A stretch of 64,000 nucleotides of DNA from Pecten maximus (taxonomy: Eukaryota): positions 5,828,001 to 5,892,000 of the forward strand of contig NC_047030.1 of the NCBI RefSeq assembly GCF_902652985.1, read 5' to 3'. Below are positions 50,290-61,430 of this stretch, one piece after another. Each line of letters starts with the position of its first letter. The first letter of the stretch is position 1. The position numbers and the translations under genes were made by a program. A model generated the notes under the pieces. It saw only the letters and a list, made by a program, of their open reading frames with translations, was not told the DNA's origin and searched no databases.

Positions 50290-51032
50290 ATCATGAATAA
50301 TTCAGGATTTCAACACTTTAGGTGTAATTCTTGGGACTCGCGGATTCATAATCTAATAGTAAAGGCTAATTTAGTGGATATTATTTCAGCACAAAAGACA
50401 TTAAACTGGAAAATGAGAAATATCAAAGAAAAATTACAAAATATTGATGCTGACAGTTGGCAAAATCTATTGTGGAATGATGATGGAAATGTTAATGGTA
50501 ATAAATTACGTCTATATAGAACCTATAAGTATGAGGCTACAACAAGCGATTATGTGAAATTTGTTAAATTTAGAGAGAGAAGAGGTCTGTTGTGCAATTT
50601 CAGATGTGGGTCACCTTCCCTAGAATTTGAAAAGGACGACATACCAAGCCGATTTTACCCATAAAAAACAGAATCTGTAAATATTGTTTATCAAATGAGG
50701 ATGATGACAAATATGTTGATTTTAATAGTATGAACAGATTTAATCGGTCCAAATATCTAGTAGATAAATCTCCCCCAAATCTTCTCGCCAATCAACTTTA
50801 TGCTATGTGGAGGAGAAGAAGCAACTCTTTGAAGCTTTTTATTCATGTAACAACGTAGCATGGATAACCTTACCTTATTAACTTTTAGCATGCGATATCT
50901 TTATTGTGTTTTATAGTGTCTAAATAAGTCATAAATGGCTGGACATATCTTACTTTGAGAGAGATATTTTATGGTGTATTTTATATGTTGTAAGATGTTT
51001 GCCACTCTAATAAACAATTGAACTTGAACTTG
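50290..51032 (+). mobile_element. 5'-truncated LINE, 3' end of ORF2 and tail
   Basis: NKLRLYRTYK...LLCNFRCGS..L..E/GRYTKP.LP..NRICKYC..NEDD (remnant of the C-terminal zinc knuckle), then AATAAA and an (AACTTG)n tail. Confidence 0.8.
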
Positions 51033-51298
51033 TAACTGCCCCTACGGAGTCCGTCGGATACGAAGATAGATCACGTGGCCGCCACCAACGATGAACAACT
51101 TTATACTACATGCATTATAACACTTACCTCTGAGTCGGTTGATACGGTTCGGCGGCTGCCCATTTCCACCCTTTAAAAGTAATGTGTTATCTTCAATATA
51201 TAATATACTGACAGTATCCATAAAATTCAAAATATAATCTCTAGCTTCCATCCCACAAACCGAAGTGCAAATATTATAATATTTTTTTTATGCGAAAC

Positions 51299-52500
51299 CA
51301 TCAACATGTTCTCTACCGTCAGTGTTGATACAAAATCAACGTGTTCTCTACCGTCAGCGGTCATACACAATCAACGTGTTCTCTACAGTCAGTGTTGATA
51401 CAAAATCAACGTGTTCTCTACAGTCAGTTGTCATACACAATCAACGTGTTCTCTACCGTCAGCGGTCATACACAATCAACGTGTTCTCTATCGTCAGTTG
51501 TCATACACAATCAACGTGTTCTCTACTGTCAGCGGTCACACACAATCAACGTGTTCTCTACTGTCAGCGGTCATACACAATCAACGTGTTCTCTACTGTC
51601 AGCGGTCATACACAATCAACGTGTTCTCTACTGTCAGCGGTCATACACAATCAACGTGTTCTCTACTGTCAGCGGTCATACACAATCAACGTGTTCTCTA
51701 CTGTCAGTGGTCATACACAATCAACGTGTTCTCTACTGTCAGCGGTCATACACAATCAACGTGTTCTCTACTGTCAGCGGTCATACACAATCAACGTGTT
51801 CTCTACTGTCAGTGGTCACACACAATCAACGTGTTCTTTACTGTCAGCGGTCATACACAATGAACGTGTTCTCTACTGTCAGTGGTCATACACAATCAAC
51901 GTGTTCTCTACTGTCAGTGGTCATACACAATCAACGTGTTCTCTACTGTCAGCGGTCATACACAATCAACGTGTTCTCTACTGTCAGCGGTCATACACAA
52001 TCAACGTGCTCTCCACCGTCAGTGGTCATACACAATGAACGTGTTCTCTATCGTCAGCGGTCACACACAATCAACGTGTTCTCTACTGTCAGCGGTCATA
52101 CACAATCAACGTGTTCTCTACTGACAGCGGTCATACACAATCAACGTGTTCTCTACTGTCAGTTGTCATACACAATCAACGTGTTCTCTACTGTCAGTTG
52201 TCATACACAATCAACGTGTTCTCTACTGTCAGCGGTCATACACAATCAACGTGTTCTCTACTGTCAGCGGTCATACACAATCAATGTGTTCTCTACAGAC
52301 AGCGGTCATACACAATCAACGTGTTCCCACGGTCAGTGGTCATACACAATCAACGTGTTCCCACGGTCAGCGGTCATACACAATCAACGTGTTCCCACGG
52401 TCAGTGGTCATACACAATCAACGTGTTCTCTATTGTCAGCGGTCAGACACAATCGATAGTTTTTATTTACTGTCAGTTGTCATACAAAATCAAAATTAAT
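51299..52500. repeat. Minisatellite, 35-bp unit, ~33 copies
   Basis: CACAATCAACGTGTTCTCTACTGTCAGCGGTCATA. Confidence 0.97.
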
Positions 52501-52560
52501 CATACACTTTCAGCGTTTATAGAAAATCAACATGGAATCTCTATCGTTGAAAGGATAACA

Positions 52561-53065
52561 AAATTAACATAGTTCCTATTACACAATTAACATAGATCCT
52601 ATTACACAATTAACATAGATCCTATTACACAATTTACATAGTTCCTATTACACAATTAACATTGTTCCTATTACACAATTAACATTGTTCCTATTACACA
52701 ATTAACATTGTTCCTATTACACAATTAACATAGTTCCTATTACACAATTTACATAGTTCCTATTACACAATTAACATTGTTCCTATTACACAATTAACAT
52801 AGTTCCTATTACACAATTAACATTGTTCCTATTACACAATTAACATTGTTCCTATTACAAAATTAACATAGTTCCTATTACACAATTAACATTGTTCCTA
52901 TTACACAATTAACATAGTTCCTATTACACAATTAACATTGATCCTATTACACAATTAACATAGTTCCTATTACAAAATTAACAGAGTTTCTAATTACAAA
53001 ATTAACATAGTTTCTATTACACAATTACCATAGATCCTATTACACAATTACCATAGATCCCTATT
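52561..53065. repeat. Minisatellite, 23-bp unit, ~22 copies
   Basis: ACAATTAACATAGTTCCTATTAC. Confidence 0.97.
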
Positions 53066-54004
53066 GTTAGGGGTTTAACAGATTCACATGTTTACGCAAT
53101 AATCATCCATACAAAGTTAAACATCCGAAACAGTGTTGATACATTCAAAACTCGTAATGCTGCAATCAGAGTGTCAACAGCTGTTTTAGTTTCCCGAAAA
53201 AGAGCAATTGATGTGAGCCGTATTGACAATTCTGGAACAGCTAGATGGATTATAGCTATATAATGTATTTCTAAAGAGTTTTGAATGTTTTTTCTTAAAA
53301 GTACAGAAACAATTTAGCTTATGCTGCTTCATATAGATGTTCACTCCATGTGAGTGTGAAGTTGTTGAATAAAATTGATTATCATACCATAGTTTTATAT
53401 AGAAAATGTGTTAATTTTGTTGGTGCTGTATGTAAGTTCAAACAATAATTACAACATCAATGATAAATAAAATTAATATTAATAATTACATATGTGAAAT
53501 TTCTAGAAAATTATATTATTTCTTTCTGTCTGACATGGCTCGTAAGATATTTGAGAAAATAGATGATGTTTAAAACACAACGTAACACTGATCACTGTCC
53601 ATTTTTTTATGAGAACAAATTTGAAATATGAAGTTACATCAACCAGCGGCCTGTTTCATCAATATTCCTAAACCTAAGGATACTTCTTAACAGAAAATCT
53701 TTTCATAGAAAACCATTACAGAATCTACGGATGATTCCATAAGGTTTTTCCCTTTCAATTTGTAATGCTTTTCTACCGAAAGTTATCAGTCAAAGTGTTT
53801 CCTTTACTTACGGAATGTTGATGGAACCAGAGCCGGTTATATTAACGTTCTTATCATAAGGACATAATTAAATTCAATGGAAATCCTAGTTGATGATTAA
53901 CCATAAATTCTTAAATACTTTCTAAATAAAATGTTAGGTCGAGGAAAATTCCTAAATGTTAAGGAATATTGAGGACGTTTTGACGAGACTGTTGTTTTAC
54001 TTAC

Positions 54005-54052
54005 CTGTATAAGTATGTACACCAACACGACCACACTCCAGGGTCCCATCAT
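54005..54052 (-). CDS. Candidate first coding (signal-peptide) exon of isomerase-like paralog 1
   Basis: MMGPWSVVVLVYILIQ followed by the consensus donor CAG|GTAAGT. It is phase 0, so an additional small exon would be needed to reach the phase-1 acceptor at 47607; this was not resolved. Confidence 0.4.
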
Positions 54053-54762
54053 CGTGTCTGATGTCACGGCGGTCGATCGGAGTGAACTTCTGTAACGGAC
54101 CTGACTACGCAACAACTGTTACAATGTTCATCCATCACACCGAAGTTGTTTTGTTCCGATCTAATTAATTTGAATGTTTAATCTGATTAATTGTAAAGTG
54201 CGTCACGCGACCTGTTTTTATTGTCATTATAGTGTACTGAGACAAAGATGTTGACACTGATATTTGGTCAGTAACGCTGGATCTACGAATCATTATATCA
54301 CAATATGTCACACGTTTGGTTATTTCGTTTTATACTTACAGCTATTGAACTTTCTTCAGGTCGATATTATTGAATATGTCTCACCAGAACCGGAAGGTTC
54401 ATGACACAAAATTTAGGAATATCATTATACTCACTTCTGGATGATGAGTTGATTGGAAACCCAAATAAATCGTTTCACTAATTAATTAATTAATTAATTC
54501 AATGGTTTTATCTTTGGATTAACCGCATTCGTCGCTTCCTACAATTTAACCATTACTCGTATAAAGGCGAAAATCAATTTACCTACCATGATTTACATTT
54601 ATAAGTATAGCAGTCATGCTTCACTCGCCACCGATGTAAACATGTTGTACGAAGTTTGATACTCGAGAACATGTTTTAAATGTCACAAAATTTTGACAGT
54701 AATCTCCTACTGCTAGAAAAAAAGTCAAAAATGGATTTTGAGAAATGTTTGTTGGTGGAGAC

Positions 54763-56105
54763 TCATCATCAAACTTTATTTCCTCCCAAAGGAGATAAGT
54801 GGAATACAACAAAATCGACAGAAAAAAAAAATAAATAAGGAATATCAAAATAAGTGAAGAGTTCATTTAGCGCGCTTTCCATGAGTAGCTACTATGTAGC
54901 TTACTCACTATCGCGTACTTACATCAGAATCAGGGCGAGAATAAGCGCGTGACGCTAACGACGAATCGAGCCGCCTTCATAAGGAAGCGATTCCTGCAAA
55001 TATCATCATCAAATGGAATGTTCTTACTAGCGCCTAGTAGGACTTGAACAAATCCGTTGTTCTCGCATGTCACAATGTTGAAAACACGTGGGCCAAAATC
55101 GTTCAGAATATCTTGTAGGAAACGTTCACGTGATTCCCTGAAGTAGGGGCAGATGGAGCTGCTATGCACGATGACATCGCTGAAGGGCTGGTTGCACAAG
55201 ACACACAGTGCCCTAACATGGCTTGAGGTCAATGTTGCACATAACGATTGAATTATCTGGGTGTCTGGTAGAGATTCCGCGACTTGCCACATAACGTAAG
55301 GTCCATATGAGCAGTGGCACGCGCGAAACAACTCAAACTCGCGATCAGATGCCATGCGATCCTGTAAGGCTTTGTTTTCGGTACTGGATATAGCCGCCTT
55401 TACTAGACGTTTCCATTGCCGTTTCGGAGGAAAGACGTAGGTTTGAGTATATGTAACAAGGTACGGAAATAGTTTATCTCTCTGGAGCACATTGGTTATA
55501 TCTGGGAAGTACCCGTTGGCGCGAGAACATCCAGGTTTGAAGGCATGCGCGCTCAGAAACGAATATAGTAGCGCTAAGAAAATCCTTTTAACCAGAAAAG
55601 AGCAGTCAAGGGAGATAACTTTCTGTAAGAAGCACAGCTTTCTCCTGTCAATTTCCGCAGATATTCTAAATAAACCAAGCATTGATTCTACCATATCCGA
55701 TCTGGCCCGCCGATGAACACAGAGAATAAGTTTGGCAGCGTAGTGCTGGAAGCGTGTTAGCTTGGTAATATCACTTACGGTAAGGTTTAACCAATACTTA
55801 CAACGAGTGGGGCCTTTAAATTGCTTCAGAGCCCGCCAGAATATTTTACTGTAACAATCCGCAGCGTCATTCAAATTTTGCTGCAGGGAACGTAAATATT
55901 CGTCATACGCAGAGCACTGGACATTCTTGAAAGCGCGTTTTGCGTTTTTGTACAGTCGGTAAGATGGATGTTGAAACCCACGCGGTTTCCCGTCAACGAT
56001 CCACCCATTTCGCCTGTCACGAGCAGTGTTATGAGCTGCCTTCACATCATTATTCCAATAAGGTTTCAAACGAGGGTTATATCGCGATACTGGGATACAA
56101 GACTT
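54763..56105 (-). mobile_element. LINE (RTE-X-like) derivative with the RT domain deleted in frame
   Basis: ORF 54930-56069 joins the pre-RT linker (KPYWN...WIVDGKPRG..HPSYRLYKNAKRAF...KIFWRALK) to the post-RT region (LTRFQHYAAKLIL...ESMLG...IDRRKLCFL) and the C-terminal CxxC...H....C. The 3' end is GGAGGAAATAAAGTTTGATGATGA. Confidence 0.8.
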
Positions 56106-57439
56106 TGTGATAGTCCCTCGTCAGATAGGAAGACCGACGATGTATACCTTTGTATTCATTATCACAACTCCATACCAAATTCAAACAGGGGCGTTTAAAA
56201 ATGAATGTATAACGATATGTATGGTTTTACAAAGAATTATGAATACTAAGTAGTTTGACATGAAATTTGGTCTATTTAATGTTCTGTTGGTTGTTCACCT
56301 TTACAAGTGTCTGTTTGAGTTCATGTTTTGTCGTTTTAAGACTTGACCTGGAGTTACGTTTACACACAGAAATCCTCCATTTGTTTATATTGTTGTTACT
56401 ATAATGTCATTACATAACGGCGTTAGCTTCCCCATACACTGGTTCTAGTGTGTTCTGTGTAACTTCATATTATAATATGAACATTCTTATGCTAATTTTG
56501 TCATTATCTTTCGAATATTACGAAAATTAATAACAGGAAGAAAACAAAACAATAGACAATGACGTCACCATCTCGCACGTAAATGCAGGGAGTAACCTAT
56601 ATTTTTTTCTGAGGATTAAGCGTGAAAATGTATCATCTTTAGACAGCTCATTTATTGCTTTGTTAGTACTTTAGCGACTTAGCTGCAATATACAGGCTAT
56701 ATCCGGTGTCGAATGGAGACCAGTTCAATAAAAAAGGTAATATAATAGAGAGGGGGACAAGTTTAACCTTTTAGAGAGGCGTTGTGGTTCCATTAGTCTT
56801 AAAATCCATACGATAAGGTATCCAACATTGCTTTAGGTTGAACGCTAAGTAAATAACGAACAGGTGCATAACAACACGGATTACAGGTAACGTTCTGTGT
56901 AGGTTTGAGTGTCGCTGGATCACCGATCAACTGTAACTTCGTCATTTATATCGACCTGACAAGTAATCCATCATTGTATAGTACATGTAGTAGGGCAGTG
57001 CTGCACTGAGTAAACATCGAGTTTACAGTCATCATATTGATGATATCACTGAAGTAATCTTACAAATACAAAAAACCGATATCTGTTTCTGGGAATTGGT
57101 GTGACATCAGAGTGTCAGGCTAGGCACAATATCATTTATAGGAATGACGTATCTTTAGTACATAGTAAAAAGACAAAAAGATTTTAATCAACGTTGGTGA
57201 CAGTCCTAGTAAGACTTGACTGTGTCCTACAGAGAAGGTCACGTTTGTACAGCATAGATAACAAACTACCATACTGTAGGCTTACACATGTATCTTTTAC
57301 AAAAGAAAATTTCTGACAAATTTAGCATTCACTCCAATACTGTTTATTCCCCTCTTCTGTTTTCATTGATTTAATGTAATTATATGCTGAGTAATGAATA
57401 CTTAATGAATCGATACAATTATTATTATTATTATTTATC

Positions 57440-58030
57440 ATCCTTACCTCGATCTTAACTTGCAATACAACCAGCTTACAGCTAAGCTTTATGATAAAAG
57501 TGATGATTTCAATATAGAAAATGTTGATATTCCTCCACCACCCACGGTGTTTACATGTCGTAGTTACAGGATGTGTTTCATTTTCCCAATTTCTATTACA
57601 TATATCGACTGTGGAAAAACACAAAGTTTCGAAACCAAGGAGATCATATTAGAAAATATGCCTTATCCTTGATGTTTGGGATAAAGTCAGACTTGGTTTT
57701 TTGATACGCCTATTTGTCCAGTATGACCACAATAGTTTTCGTTTAAGACCTATAAATATGTATGGAGAAAAATATGCCTTACCATGATGTTTGGGATAAA
57801 GTCTGACTTGATTTTTTGATACACCTAGTTGTCCAGTATGACCACCACGGTTCTCGTTTTAAACCTAGATATCTATGGAGGGAGTCATCGATGGAACTGA
57901 AGACGCTTGCTCTACCGGATCACCTGGTCTTGTTCTCCTTTTACTTATCTCAGTGTCTTTGTGTATATCTTTAGTTTTAATTCGTAACCTTGTTTCGATG
58001 GATCTTGATTTTTAAGTCGTTATTCTCTAT
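57440..58030 (+). mobile_element. Degraded Penelope-like element fragment
   Basis: YLDL.L...LTAKLYDKSDDFNIENVDIP resembles the PLE RT C-terminal LYDKRDDFNF.IVNFP motif. It includes a ~120-bp direct duplication (~57647-57880). Boundaries are approximate. Confidence 0.6.
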
Positions 58031-59989
58031 TGTTTTCTACATTATGTACAAATTTGTAAAATATTAAATGAACTCGGTTATGACATTCCTTCGGGGTATT
58101 TCCCTTCGTGGGGCCCTCGAGAGGAAATCTCGCTCACAGAAATCAGTTTGTTATTATAACAAACACAATAACGTAGTGTTTTAAGCAACAAGACAGCATC
58201 ATCTATTATGGGGATTTAGGTGTTTTGCTGACCTGTCCAACATGCATGGTCAAATATTAATTTCCATGAAGAGCTTTGTATTAAGTCGGTATTATCAACC
58301 GCCGGTAACACACAAAGCCACTGCTGGACACTAGACAACAACAAAGCCGACGCCATTTCACAAAGGGTATATTTACTACGAAGAGACGGGGCCTTGAAAT
58401 AGGGCCGGATTACAGAATAGACAGAGTCCGGATTAGTCAGAGTTAAACTACTAGACAAATACAAAAAATATTCGGAACCAATTTATTCGTCCGGTTTAGA
58501 CAAAGATCCGGACTGGACAGAGCCCGGTTTAGACAGTCAACTATTATCTAGTAAAACACTATTTTCAAAATATATTAGCTATACCATGCTTCAAAACATA
58601 AAGAAAACAAATGACATGTGACTATAATTTGATAAAATATTATTTTATTATTCTAATGCATATTCATATAAAACACCATGTTATCATCACCTTTCCTAAT
58701 GTTAAACATTATAATGTTGTATGTAAACATATAAATATATTGGAATTCTTTTCTTTGTAGGCACTGACATTTAATAACATCTAAAAAGTTTAATAATTTA
58801 TATAAGAATAATTTACATCAGTCATATAAAATCTAATACCTTAATAAATTCCTAACATAAAAAATAGAAAATATTTACATTTTTTTCTGGAATCTCTATG
58901 TCTCCATTTTGCTAACAAAACAATCATCTAATTAATATAATCAGAATATATAACAAAACGAAAAAAAAAAATCCTTTGAACTAATATCAAATAAAATACA
59001 AAGCGGTCCTATAATCAGCGCATTGTGAACGTAAAATGTTAGCTCAAATTAAAGCGTTTTACATCGATGGTTTACCCTTGAGCACCACGTATGAGCGGGT
59101 TCTTAATATATTCACGTAAATGTATATATAAAAAACAACCTAAGTGTTTGTGATAATAGTGAAGGAAATTAAAATATGAAAATAATGTGCTGGTAATGTA
59201 TAAGCTTTTATGTTGTATTGGTATGATATAATTACAGCTCCGACAAAGTTAAACATATAGAACTTACATGTACGTGTCATATGCATATTAAAAACAGAAA
59301 TTGCAGTATTTCTATAACAAACAGGGTACTTATATTTTCCATTATTTAAACAAGAAGAACACGTTTTCCTGGATTACCTTCCCTGTCAAGATATTTTCTT
59401 CAGTTTTTGCGTCATTTGATGCAGATTCAGATGCCAGATAGACATATATCCCGACACCTGTTGTTTCTGTTTTAAAATACGCAAACATTAAGCAACCGTT
59501 ATTATGTTAAATTTTAGAGACATATTGTTTTTGCTCCTTTTCTTATTTAGTCCCCAAAATAAAGTTTCTTTTTCCTATTATTATAAATATTTCTTCCACT
59601 TTCTTCCGCCGACATGTTTCTCAGAAACAATAGGATGGAATTCAAAGAAACTTTGCATGCCCGGCGGTGTGAGTATTTTTGTTTTTCGATCGGTCACCCG
59701 ACCGGTCAGCCGGACAGAGGCCTCTGATTGGTCAAATTAGATCCTGTTCGATTTTGATAAAATTTGATCAATATGTGTAGTATGATACTATAAACACTAT
59801 TATGATATCAATAACTTTACTTACCACTGCAGGTGTCATGTTGGGGACATATGTAACTGTTTCAGTTACAATCAGTACTATTTAATATGGGAATTGCTAT
59901 AAATAAGGTCATATATTTATTTAACCAGACTGATCAACTGCTCTGACTGGATGGTATTTTTATCTTGAATGATAGCGGATCTTTTAAGT

Positions 59990-61140
59990 TTAGTTATTAC
60001 ATACAAACTGTCGTAGTAGTAAATTGTTATAATCGACCACACTCTTCACAGATTCAAAACTCACCGACGACCCAATATACCATATTCCGTGTTCTCCTTG
60101 GATGTCAAATATATCCCATAGTATTCCCATTGCCATATCCGACACGGAATATCTTGGAAAGTAATTCCAAATCATTCTGTCTTTTATTTTCAAGTTGGTA
60201 GCTTTTTCTACGTTCAAAATATGATCCTTCAACTTACGAGTGAGCGTTTGCCTGGATGGCCTTTCTTTTGAAAACTGATAATACACGGATGACTGTGTGT
60301 AGAGTCCATCTGGACCGTCCGGATACATACCGCTAGTGTAATTTGCATCTGTTATGTACTTCAAAGATGAATATGAATCTCTATGAACCCAGACTGAACT
60401 CTCTTCCTTGCTGTTGATGTTGAAAGTAAAATAATCCTGAGGAGACAAACCACGATTAGCACCATAATCAGTATCCGCCAAGGTCGTTGTGTAGTAATAA
60501 TTGAATGTCCTGCTGAACAGTTCTTGTGCTTTAGGATCAAAGTTGATTACGTTTGACATAAATTTCATCGTTGGACTGGTTATGATAAAATCGAACATTG
60601 CTCCATGCAATCTGCCACATTTCCAATATTTAACGTAGAATCCGTCACTGTGTTTTAATCTCATAACTTGTCTTACTGGACTCGATAATTTGACATTGAG
60701 ATTGAATTGCCTTGCAATTTCCGACCACAAAAATTGAAATCCTTTGCTTAAGATTTTTACAACACTTTTAACTTCCGGTGATGGCGGTGTCGCTACTGCC
60801 GTCAGGAATCTCGGTGTCACCCACATCATTCCATACAGAGCTGATATTTCGTCTATATGTCCATACCCTTGGGCTGTCATTGCACTGACAATCAATCCTT
60901 TCAGTACTTCTATATCATGAAATTTGAGGAATTCGAGAAAAGTCATGTTGAGTTGTGATAGTACAACACTAGATGGTCTTGGCATCAGCTCCCCTTCGTA
61001 CGACCCAAACATTTGACTGTGAAGTCCTACGTATTTACCGATTGCCTGTTGGATGTAGACCGCAGCCACTGTTACGTTGGTGATATCTGGACGAAGTGAC
61101 GCCAATATTTGAAGATTGCTTTGTAGATTTGATAAAGGTG
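59990..61140 (-). CDS. Fatty-acid isomerase-like paralog 2, last exon (upstream exons not found in the window)
   Basis: Acceptor TTTTACAG at 61141, at the same position and phase as in paralog 1. There are 382 open codons colinear with paralog 1 (QGYGHIDEISALY, KGFQFLW, WNYFPRYS, IQGEHGIWYIGSSVSFES). Confidence 0.88.
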
Positions 61141-61145
61141 CTGTA

Positions 61146-61430
61146 AAACAATAAAACAAATATAGGTATATTGATAGTAAATAACAATAAAACAAATATA
61201 GGTATATTGATAGTAAATAACAATAAAACAAATATAGGTATATTGATAGTAAATAACAATAAAACAAATATAAGTATATTGATAGTAAATAACAATAAAA
61301 CAAATATAAGTATATTGATAGTAAATAACAATAAAACAAATATAGGTATATTGATAGTAAATAACAATAAAACAAATATAAGTATATTGATAGTAAATAA
61401 CAATAAAACAATGATAACAAAGTATATTGA
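61146..61430. repeat. Tandem repeat, 36-bp unit, ~7-8 copies, abutting the splice acceptor of paralog 2
   Basis: AATAAAACAAATATAGGTATATTGATAGTAAATAAC. Confidence 0.95.

Noticed and set aside
51299-53065. Long ORFs (238, 372 aa, etc.) and a possible CRISPR-like array
   Set aside because: These are pure head-to-tail 35-bp and 23-bp repeats without unique spacers. The ORFs arise because the unit lacks stops, and the context is eukaryotic.
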